Below are positions 55,559-64,000 of a DNA stretch of 64,000 bases, in pieces (the stretch's first letter is position 1; the number at the start of each line of letters is the position of its first letter). Where the stretch lies: NCBI GenBank assembly GCA_964414815.1, contig CAYPXY010000020.1, positions 3,956-67,955 of the forward strand. Reading direction: 5' to 3'. The notes under the pieces are model-generated. The model worked only from the letters and a program-made list of their open reading frames with translations, was not told the DNA's origin and did no database searches. This DNA is from an uncultured Pirellulaceae bacterium. Lineage in GTDB: Bacteria > Planctomycetota > Planctomycetia > Pirellulales > Pirellulaceae. The position numbers and the translations under genes were made by a program.

Positions 55559-56992
55559 ATGAACCCATTGAATCCCGTTGATCTTTCAAGACGAACGTTC
55601 CTCGCCCATTCCTTTGCCGGAGTCGGTTCATTGGCATTGGCGACGTTGATGAATTCGGAACTGAGGGCGAATCATGGGGCGGCTCCCACCGATCATCCGT
55701 GGCCGGCGCTGCCCTTGTTTCCCCATTTCGCGCCGAAAGCGAAACGAATGGTTCACTTGTGTATGGCGGGCGGGCCTTCGCATCTGGAGTCGTTTGATCC
55801 CAAGCCGGAACTGGACAAACTCGATGGCCAGCCGTTCCCGGATTCATTTACGGCGGGACAGCAGTTGGCTCAATTGCAAAACGCAACCCTGCTGGCCCGT
55901 AAGTCATTTGCAAAATTCAAACATTGGGGAGAGTCGGGGCTGGAAATTACCGAACTGTTTCCCCAGATCGGTTCCGTGGCGGATGACATTTGCGTGATTC
56001 GCTCGATGGTCACCGAGCAGATCAACCACGATACCGCCCATGCGTTCATGAACACCGGTTCGATTATCAAGGGGCGGCCCAGTATGGGTTCGTGGCTGTT
56101 GTACGGGCTGGGCGCGGAGACCGAGAATCTGCCGGGCTACGTTGTGATGATTTCGCAGGGGGCAGGAGCACAGCCCGTTTCAGCCCGGCAGTGGTCGGCA
56201 GGAGTGTTGCCAAGCAAATATCAGGGCGTGGCGTTTCAGAGCAAAGGCTTGCCAGTCCACTACATTGGGAATCCCGAAGGCGTCTGTCAATCGACCCAGC
56301 GGCAGGTTGTCGATGAAATCCAGCGGATGAATGGCCTGGTCAGCGAACGCTATTATGATCCCGAAGTCGCCACCCGAATTTCACAATACGAGATGGCGTT
56401 CAAGATGCAGTCTGCGGTTCCCGAACTGGTGGATATGAGCGGCGAGACACAGGACACGCTCGATCGCTATGGCGTTAAGCAGTCGGGGGATGGGTCGTTT
56501 GCATCCAACTGTTTGCTGGCTCGGCGCCTGCTCGAGCGAGGAGTGCGTGTGGTTCAGCTTTACCATCGCGGCTGGGATCATCATGCCAACCTGGAAAATG
56601 ATTTCACCCGTGCGGCGCTGGAATGCGACCGCCCCAGCGCTGCATTGATTTCAGATTTGAAAGAGCGAGGTCTGCTCGACGATACGTTGATCGTTTGGGG
56701 GGGCGAATTTGGCCGGACTCCGATGGCCCAAGGGTCCGGTCGCGACCACCATATCAACGCGTTCAGCATCTGGATGGCTGGTGGAGGCGTCAAGGGAGGA
56801 ATGACCTACGGCGCGACGGATGAATTGGGTTACAACAGCGTCGAAGATGTCGTCCATGTCCGAGACCTTCACGCGACGATGTTGCATCTGTTCGGCGTTG
56901 ATCATGAACGATTCACCAAAAAGTTTCAGGGCCTCGATTTGAAGTTGACCGGCGTGGAACACGCGAGAGTGATTAAAGAGATTGTTGCTTGA
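55559..56992 (+). CDS. DUF1501 (sulfatase-like) protein with a Tat signal
   Basis: 'SRRTFLAHSFAGVGSLALA' and 'WGGEFGRTP'. The ATG lies 1 nt after the upstream stop. Confidence 0.9.
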   Translation: MNPLNPVDLSRRTFLAHSFAGVGSLALATLMNSELRANHGAAPTDHPWPALPLFPHFAPKAKRMVHLCMAGGPSHLESFDPKPELDKLDGQPFPDSFTAGQQLAQLQNATLLARKSFAKFKHWGESGLEITELFPQIGSVADDICVIRSMVTEQINHDTAHAFMNTGSIIKGRPSMGSWLLYGLGAETENLPGYVVMISQGAGAQPVSARQWSAGVLPSKYQGVAFQSKGLPVHYIGNPEGVCQSTQRQVVDEIQRMNGLVSERYYDPEVATRISQYEMAFKMQSAVPELVDMSGETQDTLDRYGVKQSGDGSFASNCLLARRLLERGVRVVQLYHRGWDHHANLENDFTRAALECDRPSAALISDLKERGLLDDTLIVWGGEFGRTPMAQGSGRDHHINAFSIWMAGGGVKGGMTYGATDELGYNSVEDVVHVRDLHATMLHLFGVDHERFTKKFQGLDLKLTGVEHARVIKEIVA

Positions 56993-57014
56993 GTAGGAAA
57001 AACTCGATGTATTT

Positions 57015-57090
57015 GACGCAAGGGCGCTATGACGCGAAGGCGCAAAGATAAAAGAAAAATTTCATTGCGTCCTTGCGTCCTTGCGTTTTA
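57015..57090. terminator. Imperfect hairpin built from ACGCAAGG / CCTTGCGT octamer repeats (TTGCGTCCTTGCGTCCTTGCGTTTTA) between convergent genes
   Basis: Read directly. The pairing is imperfect. Confidence 0.3.
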
Positions 57091-57131
57091 TGTGCCGCAA
57101 TTCTTCGGCTTTGCAAGGAATCCGCAAAAAG

Positions 57132-57707
57132 CTATTTTCCGATTAGCTTGATTGTGGCCATCGGTGTATAGGTCGGCCCACTCTTCTCCAGAAAACTTGA
57201 AAACACGATCACTCGATCAACATGGCAGTTGCCGGCGTCGTGGGATCGCAGACGGTGAATTTCTTCCGATAGTACGGGGTTCGTTCGTCCGTTTCGCTGA
57301 AGTCGCCCGAGTGTGAGATGAGGCGTGTAGCTTTGGCGATCACGTCGGGTGGCCCAGCGCTCAACCACGGGCGCGAGATCTCGATAGAGTGTGGTCAGGG
57401 CTTCACTCCCCTGCTCTACCCCGACCCAAAGCGTCTTCGGATAGTCGGTGTTCGGGAATCCGCCCACTCCTTGAAGCACGAGATCAAAGGCGGCATGGGT
57501 CTCGGCGACTTGTTTGATTTCTCGACAGAGTGTTGCCACCTCACGGGATGGAACGTCGCCCACAAAGTTCAGGGTCACATGAAAGTTTTCGGCTTCCACC
57601 CAATTGTAGCCTGTGCCGGCAGCCGCCAAACGTTGCACGACCCGCGCAAGATTGTTGCGAATTCGCTCAGCAACGGGAACGGCAATAAAGGTGCGGATGG
57701 TATCCAT
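57132..57707 (-). CDS. thpR: RNA 2',3'-cyclic phosphodiesterase (2H phosphoesterase, ThpR/LigT)
   Basis: Two HxT motifs, 'HVTLNFVG' and 'HLTLGR', with N-terminal 'RTFIAVPV'. Confidence 0.9.
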   Translation of the reverse strand: MDTIRTFIAVPVAERIRNNLARVVQRLAAAGTGYNWVEAENFHVTLNFVGDVPSREVATLCREIKQVAETHAAFDLVLQGVGGFPNTDYPKTLWVGVEQGSEALTTLYRDLAPVVERWATRRDRQSYTPHLTLGRLQRNGRTNPVLSEEIHRLRSHDAGNCHVDRVIVFSSFLEKSGPTYTPMATIKLIGK

Positions 57708-57716
57708 GCAATCAAA

Positions 57717-57989
57717 CTATTTTTTTGGCGGGAAGGGAGAGACTGTATCGTCAACGTCTTCAAGTTTGATCCCCTTACCATTCTTGATGCTGGACCGTGC
57801 CTGCTCGATGCGTTTGAGAAATCGAGGGTCGTTTTCAAGCTGGTAGTCAAACCAATCATCCTCCGACCCGAATCCAACGAGTACTCCCGCCGGTCGACCA
57901 TGTCTTGTAATGACGATTTGCTCCTTTTCCGCCAAACGAAGGTACTTCGATAAGTCATCTTTAAGCTCAGTCAGAGGCACTTTCTTCAT
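57717..57989 (-). CDS. Phd/YefM-family antitoxin-like protein with no recognisable toxin partner
   Basis: 'VPLTELKDDLSKYLRLAEKEQIVITRHGRPAGVLV'. The stop lies 9 nt upstream of the thpR start. Confidence 0.7.
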   Translation of the reverse strand: MKKVPLTELKDDLSKYLRLAEKEQIVITRHGRPAGVLVGFGSEDDWFDYQLENDPRFLKRIEQARSSIKNGKGIKLEDVDDTVSPFPPKK

Positions 57990-58108
57990 TTTTTTCACCA
58001 TGCTTTTCAAGCCATTCCACTGCTTTGGATTTTTGAACGATTGCCAGGATCTCGACGTTGTCGCCGTCTACTCTAGCCAGAAATTCATTTAGGGCAAGTT
58101 CAAGCTGC

Positions 58109-59107
58109 TCAGCCGACAACCGATTCGACATGTTTTCCGATTTCAAACCCATCATTCAACCGCGGGCCGATTTGTTCGACGACCCGTGAGGCGAGATAGT
58201 TGCCCCATTTGGCGGCGTTAATGGCCGACATGCCATGGGTCAATCCATACAGGGCACCGCCGGCAAATGCATCTCCCGCGCCGACCGTATCGAGGGCTTT
58301 GACCGGGAATCCGGCAACGGGTGTGATGGTTCCGTGCTCGATGACAAAGCAGCCGTCGCCACTGCGGGTGATAAACGCAAGGTCGCTGATCTGGGCCATC
58401 CGTTGGCAACATTCTTCCAGATTGTCCGTCTCAAAGAATTCCGTCGCCTCTTTCGAATTGCAAAACACGATATCGCAGTATTCTTTGACCACTCGGTGAA
58501 AATCATCTGAAAATCGGTCAATCAGAAATGAATCGGAAAACGTAAACGCGGCTTTGACACCCAGCTTTTTGGACTGTTCGAAGACGTCGAGACACGCCGC
58601 ACGCGGTTCATCGGCGTCCCACAAGTAGCCTTCGATGTAACAGCATTTCGCTTGACTCAGCAGATCGGGATCGATATCGGATCGGCTGAGTGTCGTCGAA
58701 ATGCCGAGATGCGTACACATCGTTCGTTCCGCATCCGGTGTGGTTAACACCACGCAGGTTCCTGTCGGCAAACTGGCTTCCGGCGCCATCGAGACAGGAA
58801 ACTGAATGCCCAGTTGTTCCAAATCCTCCTTGTAGAACTCGCCGTTGGTGTCACGTGCGACTTTGCCGACATAGATTCCGTTTCCGCCGGACTGGGCGAT
58901 CCCCACCATCGTGTTGGCCGCAGACCCGCCAGAGGCGAGTTGAAGATTGCGATGCTCGAGCTTCTTCAGCACGTTCGCTTGATGGGCGGAATCCATCAAT
59001 GACATACTCCCCTTGGGGATCGACAACTCGTCAATCAGGTTCTCATCCACTTGTGCAAGAATATCAACGATGGCATTGCCAACGCCGAATACATCGAATT
59101 TTTTCAT
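58109..59107 (-). CDS. PfkB-family carbohydrate/adenosine kinase
   Basis: 'GGSAANT' and 'DTVGAGDAFAGG'. Confidence 0.85.
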   Translation of the reverse strand: MKKFDVFGVGNAIVDILAQVDENLIDELSIPKGSMSLMDSAHQANVLKKLEHRNLQLASGGSAANTMVGIAQSGGNGIYVGKVARDTNGEFYKEDLEQLGIQFPVSMAPEASLPTGTCVVLTTPDAERTMCTHLGISTTLSRSDIDPDLLSQAKCCYIEGYLWDADEPRAACLDVFEQSKKLGVKAAFTFSDSFLIDRFSDDFHRVVKEYCDIVFCNSKEATEFFETDNLEECCQRMAQISDLAFITRSGDGCFVIEHGTITPVAGFPVKALDTVGAGDAFAGGALYGLTHGMSAINAAKWGNYLASRVVEQIGPRLNDGFEIGKHVESVVG

Positions 59108-59349
59108 TTCGTCTCTATTTCAAAAACTTTTAACTTTCCTTTGGATCCCCGCACTAATGTAACGGAAGACTTGCTGATGCCAAAGAAGGCAGCGATCTGT
59201 TCGATGATTTTTTCGTTTGCCTTGCCATCGACCGGCGGTGCGGAGACTTCAACCACCAGCACGCCTTCACGCGTTTGAGCCAGCGATTCATCCTGCCAGT
59301 AGGCTCGGTTGGTACGTTTGTTGGGCTTGGCGAGTACGCTGATTCTCAT
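59104..59349 (-). CDS. DUF167 (YggU) family protein
   Basis: 'VSAPPVDGKANEKIIEQIAAFFGISKSSVTLVRGSKGKLK'. It has a 4-nt overlap with the kinase start. Confidence 0.85.
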   Translation of the reverse strand: MRISVLAKPNKRTNRAYWQDESLAQTREGVLVVEVSAPPVDGKANEKIIEQIAAFFGISKSSVTLVRGSKGKLKVFEIETK

Positions 59350-59439
59350 GGGGGGCGTGCGGCTTTCCGGTTACGTTTTTTTTCGGGTTTTTGGAAGTAG
59401 GTGTTGAAAGCAGGCGAAAAGGGGGACAAGCAGCCTGAA

Positions 59440-59625
59440 GGGCTTGGGCAGGGTAGCCCAGGGCAAGTTCGCGAAGCGGACGCCGCCCTGGGAAAGTGAT
59501 CCGTTCACCCCCAAGTACGCTGAAGGCGTGCGGCAGGTCGGGCCGCACGCCTTCAGCGTGCAATGGGTTCAACATCTCTAATCCCTGGGGCGGCACTCGC
59601 TGCGCGAGCTTGCCCCAGGCTGTCC
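59440..59625. repeat. Nested palindromic element: a central 19-bp-stem hairpin (59515-59561) flanked by inverted CCCAGGGCAAGTTCGCGAAGCGGACGCCGCCCTGGG / CCCTGGGGCGGCACTCGCTGCGCGAGCTTGCCCCAGG arms
   Basis: Read directly. Confidence 0.8.
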
Positions 59626-59733
59626 TGCCATGCACCTTCGGTGCGCTTCCCGATCAACCTAAGCCGCACGACCTCCATGGAGGGGTCAGGGGCTGGCAGA
59701 AATTTCGGTTGTCACGTTTGACAATCCTCCAAT

Positions 59734-59786
59734 CTTAACCCGCAGCGTTAGCGAGGGACGACGATTTTTATCCCTCGCTTGCGCCT
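59734..59786. repeat. Degenerate family-1 core (copy I)
   Basis: CTTAACCCGCAGCGTTAGCGAGGGAC...ATCCCTCGCTTGCGCC. Confidence 0.7.
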
Positions 59787-59807
59787 TTTGAAGTTGCACA
59801 AACAAGT

Positions 59808-59974
59808 AGGCCGGAACAAGCAAACGCCGAATAAAGCAAGCGATTCCGTTGGTCTTTGTGCGCTTTGTGCGTTTGTGCAGTTCCGGCAACAACCGGTGGC
59901 GATGCCGGAACTGCGGTCGCGGTGGCAAATTTGGCGATCTTGTGGCCCTTTTTCCCGCGACCTTGTTCCGGCCT
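59808..59974. repeat. Nested inverted repeat (AGGCCGGAACAAG / CTTGTTCCGGCCT outer, GCAGTTCCGGCA / TGCCGGAACTGC inner) containing a TTTGTGCG tandem tract
   Basis: Read directly. Confidence 0.75.
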
Positions 59975-60238
59975 ACAAAATGGCTAAATTCTAACTGTTT
60001 TAGGGAACGCAGGGGCAAAAACGACGCAATCAGTCGCCGCCTTTATGTTGCTCAATGCTGCTTAAGGATTGGTTTAGTGGTGCCCGATTCTTCGCTATGT
60101 GCCTCCAAGCAATGTTTACATAACTTTTACAAAGCCCAAACAAGCGGTCAGTACATTCCGTCGTTATTTCCTATAGACTTTGGCAACGCGATTCGATGGC
60201 TGGAGTCGCGACCACAACCTCAACCCAGGAAATCACTC

Positions 60239-61390
60239 ATGGCGATTGTCAATCGACCTCAGCAACGAGCCCCTAAACATAATCCTAATCCGCAATCGGT
60301 CGTGATCGAAACGGAGGGAATTGAATTACTCGATAACCCCGAGCTTGCCGCTTCGACGGTGGTGACCCCCGACTTGTTTGGTGGTCATCTTCCGGTGGGA
60401 GACTATGTCGCCGACCACGAGATTGATGAATTGCTCGAGCACTCGCATCATCATCATGAAGAAGAGCAGTCGATGGGCGACAAGCTGATCATGCTGGCGT
60501 TTGTGGTGTTGCCCTTGGTCGCTATGGCGGCCTGCATCGTGATGGCCTTCGGGTATCAGATGGTGACTTGGCTCGATGTGGTGATGTTGATCGGTGGATG
60601 GTATTTGACAGGTCTGGGAATCACGATTGGTTTCCACCGCATGTTGACCCACGGTTCATTCAAAGCCGTTGCACCGATCAAATTTATGTGGACGGCATTG
60701 GGTTCGATGGCGGCAGAAGGTTCGCCGATCGACTGGTGCAAGGTCCACCGGCGTCACCATCAATTCAGTGATGATCATGGCGATCCGCATTCGCCGCATT
60801 TGCATGGCGAAGGCTGGTGGAATGCCGTGAAAGGTTTCTGGCATGCTCACACGGGCTGGTTGTTTACCAATGCAATGTCTCGCGACGAACGCGAAAAGTA
60901 TGTTCCGGATCTGATTCAGGACAAAATGTTGATGTTCTTTGATCGAACGTTTATCTGGTGGGTGACGGCGAGTTTGGTGATTCCGATGATCATCGGTGGA
61001 CTGGCGGCACCGTTCTTCTACGGGGCAACCGTGGGTGCGATTGTCAAAGGCGCCTTGTTGGGGCTGTTGTGGGGTGGCTTGGCACGGGTTTGCTTGTCGC
61101 ATCACATGACGTGGTCCATCAACTCGATTTGTCACATCTTCGGTTCCAAAGATTTTAAATCAGCCGACGATTCACGGAACAATGTGGTGTTCGGTGTTCT
61201 CAGCCACGGTGAAGGCTGGCATAACAACCATCACGCGTTTCCCACCTCCGCTCGCCACGGATTGAAGTGGTGGCAGTTCGATCTGAGCTGGATTATCATC
61301 CGGTCATTGGCCGCCGTCGGTCTGGTCTGGGATGTCAAGCTTCCGTCGGAGCGTCAGTTGAAGATGCGAGCGATTAAAAAGGAAGATTGA
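60239..61390 (+). CDS. Acyl-CoA (delta-9-type) fatty acid desaturase
   Basis: His boxes 'HRMLTH', 'HRRHHQFSD' and 'HNNHHAF'. The start is set at 'MAIVNRP'. The ORF-track start at 59849 runs through the repeat-rich spacer. Confidence 0.9.
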   Translation: MAIVNRPQQRAPKHNPNPQSVVIETEGIELLDNPELAASTVVTPDLFGGHLPVGDYVADHEIDELLEHSHHHHEEEQSMGDKLIMLAFVVLPLVAMAACIVMAFGYQMVTWLDVVMLIGGWYLTGLGITIGFHRMLTHGSFKAVAPIKFMWTALGSMAAEGSPIDWCKVHRRHHQFSDDHGDPHSPHLHGEGWWNAVKGFWHAHTGWLFTNAMSRDEREKYVPDLIQDKMLMFFDRTFIWWVTASLVIPMIIGGLAAPFFYGATVGAIVKGALLGLLWGGLARVCLSHHMTWSINSICHIFGSKDFKSADDSRNNVVFGVLSHGEGWHNNHHAFPTSARHGLKWWQFDLSWIIIRSLAAVGLVWDVKLPSERQLKMRAIKKED

Positions 61391-61397
61391 GGTTCCT

Positions 61398-62132
61398 CTA
61401 ATCCCGATTTCCATTTTTTACAAATCGGTATCCTGCATCCCGGATGGTCAGGAAATGGACGGGACGGGTCGGATCGGGTTCGAAAAATTTTCGCAGTTGC
61501 CGCATGACCTGATCGGGAGCCCGGGTACTGATGTGGCCGGGCATTCCCCATACGTTCTCCAGTAGTTGGGCTCGGGTGATGACCTGCCCCTCGTGTTCGA
61601 TGAAGAATTTCAATGCCTGAATCTGAAGTTGGGTGAGCCGAACCGGCTTGTTTTTGACAGTGACCTGATAAGTCTGGAAGTTGATTTTCGTGTCGCCGAA
61701 TTCGTATTCAACCAGTTTGGTGGATGAAGGGGGGCGCAACGATCCTCCTGATTGTGACAGCAGGTTCTTGACGCGACTGAGTAACTCATCGAGTTCAAAC
61801 GGTTTGAGCATGTACTGGTTGGCCCCCACATCGAACCCGCGTGTTCGGTCTTCCGACAACGTGCGGGCGCTGAGCATCAATACCGGCATGGTTTTTCCCG
61901 AATCGCGGATCTGTTCGCAGACCTCGTATCCGCTCATGCCAGGCAGCATCAAGTCCAGCAAAATCACATCGACCGGCGACTCCAGATCTTCAACCGCTCG
62001 TAACGCTGCCGGTCCGTTCGAAACGGCGGTGACACGATAGCCTTCTGCTTCGAGATTGAATTTGATTCCAATCGCGATGTGTTCTTCGTCTTCGACGACC
62101 AGGATGTGAGGCTTGGGAGAGGATGCTGGCAT
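61398..62132 (-). CDS. OmpR/PhoB-family response regulator
   Basis: 'ILVVEDEEHI', 'DLMLPGMSG', and a winged-helix C-terminus 'TIRDAGYRF'. Confidence 0.92.
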   Translation of the reverse strand: MPASSPKPHILVVEDEEHIAIGIKFNLEAEGYRVTAVSNGPAALRAVEDLESPVDVILLDLMLPGMSGYEVCEQIRDSGKTMPVLMLSARTLSEDRTRGFDVGANQYMLKPFELDELLSRVKNLLSQSGGSLRPPSSTKLVEYEFGDTKINFQTYQVTVKNKPVRLTQLQIQALKFFIEHEGQVITRAQLLENVWGMPGHISTRAPDQVMRQLRKFFEPDPTRPVHFLTIRDAGYRFVKNGNRD

Positions 62133-62153
62133 GGGGACTGAGGGTTGGATAGC

Positions 62154-62216
62154 GTTGTCAGTTGCGGGGTTGCGGGTTGCGGGTTGCGGGTTGCGGGGTT
62201 GCGGGTTGCGGGGTTG
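62154..62216. repeat. Heptamer array: one GTTGTCA unit followed by about 8 (G)GGGTTGC units, giving seven G3-4 tracts separated by TTGC
   Basis: Read directly. It lies 22 nt upstream of the response-regulator ATG on the template strand. Confidence 0.95.
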
Positions 62217-62460
62217 GAAATGAGATTAGTGTAGATTAGCGAAGATTAGTGTTCATCTTTTCTTCTGATCCCCTCCTCCCTCATCCCGCCCGCTTGGCGT
62301 TGCGGCGCGGTTAAACGCAATACCGTTAAAGTTCTGGAGACATCACCCAGTGGCAACCGCTTGGCGGCGCAAATGGGGCGGTTTATATAAACGAAATGGT
62401 AAGCTGGATAAACGCCCCATTTGCTCTGCGGCGCGGTTAAACGACTCATCTCTCATCCCT

Positions 62461-63378
62461 TCACCCCTCATCCCTTCTCGCCAGCGGCAATCTTAGTTCG
62501 AACGTCGTTCCATTTTCACCGGAGTGAAGCAGTTTAACCGTTCCGCCATTTTGTTTCACCAAGGTCCGAACGAGGTATAACCCCAATCCTGTGCCGGGTT
62601 TTTTGCGCTGGAGTTCATTACCAAGTCGATGGAAACGGCCAAAAATCTTTCGTCGCTGAGCGTTGGGAATCCCCGGTCCGTTGTCGCTGATTTCGGTCAC
62701 CACCTGCTCGCCTTCAATGCGCATCGAAACAGAAACGAGCGGAGGATCGCCGGCGTATTTGATCGCATTGTCGATCAAATTACGAAAGATAATATTGGCA
62801 TCCACGGGTGAAGCATGGATGTCGGCCTTTATTGGATTGAGCTCAATGATCGAGTCCGAAACCTGATATCGGGAGCAAACGGTGCGAATGCAATCCCGAA
62901 GGACCATGCTGACGTCCAGCCACTCCTTAAGAGGGACTTTATTTGGGTTGTCGGCATGGCCTGCATCCAGCAAGTGGCTGATCAATCCGTCCAGTCGTTC
63001 GACATCGGCCAGCATGTATTTGTAAAACTGACCCCGTTCCTGTTCGGAAACGTTTCGCAGATTCAAGGTCTGCAAATACAGCTTGAGCGACGCGATCGGC
63101 GACTTGAATTCGTGGGTGACACTGTCAATAAAGTTCGATTGCCGCCGGGTCAGGTTGATGGCCTTGATTGACAGAACCAGATAGATCACGACTCCCACCA
63201 ATACAAACAGGAATAGAATGGATCCAACGGTCAGCAGGGTCCAGTAAAATGCTTTTTGAGATGCTTCCTGAGCGCTTAAAACGGTGATCAGCACCCAGCC
63301 CACGATCAGCGCGACGATCACCACAATCATCAACACGCCAAGCACAATAGGAGTCCGTAGTGATTTGCGTTCCAGCAT
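62461..63378 (-). CDS. Sensor histidine kinase (two N-terminal TM helices, HisKA and HATPase_c)
   Basis: 'SVTHEFKSPIASL', 'DNGPGI', 'GTGLGLYLV'. Confidence 0.9.
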   Translation of the reverse strand: MLERKSLRTPIVLGVLMIVVIVALIVGWVLITVLSAQEASQKAFYWTLLTVGSILFLFVLVGVVIYLVLSIKAINLTRRQSNFIDSVTHEFKSPIASLKLYLQTLNLRNVSEQERGQFYKYMLADVERLDGLISHLLDAGHADNPNKVPLKEWLDVSMVLRDCIRTVCSRYQVSDSIIELNPIKADIHASPVDANIIFRNLIDNAIKYAGDPPLVSVSMRIEGEQVVTEISDNGPGIPNAQRRKIFGRFHRLGNELQRKKPGTGLGLYLVRTLVKQNGGTVKLLHSGENGTTFELRLPLARRDEG

Positions 63379-63452
63379 AACGTAGTGTTAAATTTTTAAC
63401 ATTCAGGTTTCGGTCAGAATTTCTGTAACTTGGAAAACGGGACACCAAAGGC

Positions 63453-64000
63453 TTATTTCTTCCAGCCATCTTTGAGTGTCACCGTTCGATTAAAGACCAT
63501 TTCCCCGGGGCGACTGTCCTTGGTGTCCACGCAAAAGTAGCCGTTTCGTTCGAACTGGAATCGGTCCCCCGGTTTGGCAGATGCGAGGGACGGTTCAAGT
63601 TTGGCATCGTTGATGACGGTCAAGGCGTTAGGATTGATCAGGTCTTTCCAATCTTTTCCTTCTGGCACATCGCTCGGATCATCCTGTTCGAATAGCTGAT
63701 CGTACAGACGGACTTCGGCGTTGATGGCGTGGGGCGCAGAAACCCAATGAATCGTACCTTTGACTTTGCGCCCGTCTGGGGCTTGGCCCCCTGCCGTTTC
63801 CGGATCGTACGTGCATCGGAGTTCAATCGGCTTTCCGTTCGTGTCCTTGATGACTTCGTGACACTTGATGAAATAGCCGTATCGCAAACGGACTTCATTG
63901 CCGATGGTCAGCCGGAAGAAACCTTTGGGAGCCGTTTCCATGAAGTCTTCCTGTTCGATGTAAAGCTCGCGGCTGAAGGGGATTTCGCGCGTACCGGCCG
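63453..64000 (-). CDS. glnS: Glutamine--tRNA ligase, C-terminal part. The gene runs off the window
   Basis: C-terminal '[14 protein letters not shown]...[10 protein letters not shown]' is typical of GlnRS. The reading frame stays open to position 64000. Confidence 0.85.
   Translation of the reverse strand, partial: AGTREIPFSRELYIEQEDFMETAPKGFFRLTIGNEVRLRYGYFIKCHEVIKDTNGKPIELRCTYDPETAGGQAPDGRKVKGTIHWVSAPHAINAEVRLYDQLFEQDDPSDVPEGKDWKDLINPNALTVINDAKLEPSLASAKPGDRFQFERNGYFCVDTKDSRPGEMVFNRTVTLKDGWKK

Noticed and set aside
57967-58155. A 62-aa ORF considered as the missing toxin or partner of the Phd-like antitoxin.
   Set aside because: It overlaps both the 3' end of the PfkB kinase gene and the 5' end of the Phd-like gene. 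It is acidic and helical, shows no toxin-like motif, and lies upstream rather than downstream of the antitoxin. The evidence is not enough to call it a gene.
59849-60238. A 130-codon N-terminal extension of the desaturase ORF.
   Set aside because: It runs through intergenic repeat structures and encodes a Cys/Arg-rich peptide with no similarity to desaturases. The conserved protein begins near 'MAIVNRP' (60239).
62154-62216. Tandem heptamer arrays (also 23688-23715 and 44953-44980) considered as a possible CRISPR or telomere-like array.
   Set aside because: The units are 7 nt with no spacers, so they are not CRISPR. They are internal to a gene-dense region, so they are not telomeric. They are reported as microsatellite-like arrays instead.

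Overview
This window looks like a chromosomal segment from a Planctomycetota genome of about 50-55% GC. That assignment is an inference from gene families typical of the phylum: PSCyt/DUF1549/DUF1553 plus DUF1501 pairs, a DUF1592/DUF1552 pair, a DUF1559 pseudopilin-like protein and a PEP-CTERM protein. Most genes are housekeeping: alaS, rpmB, gatC, gatA, serC, serA, argG, recA, a partial glnS, thpR, an adenosine-kinase-like PfkB gene and an acyl-CoA desaturase. Among them are planctomycete-specific secreted or membrane proteins, two two-component systems, a VapBC module, a lone Phd/YefM-like antitoxin gene and a RhuM-like gene. I found no rRNA, tRNA, CRISPR array, transposase or integrase. The most unusual content is non-coding. 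At least three families of nested palindromic (REP/MITE-like) elements fill intergenic spacers. One family also lies inside open reading frames, with two copies in a sensor-kinase ORF and a half copy in a DUF1553 protein. That resembles the in-frame Rickettsia palindromic elements. Other notable items are heptamer tandem arrays at stop codons (stops in several frames, G-quadruplex-type spacing), a 3 x 21-bp in-frame repeat inside an insertion in alaS, a hairpin element flanked by a duplicated gene 3' end, and a Phd-like antitoxin gene 9 nt upstream of thpR. All calls come from reading the sequence and the ORF translations and recognising motifs from memory. No database search was run, and repeat boundaries are approximate.
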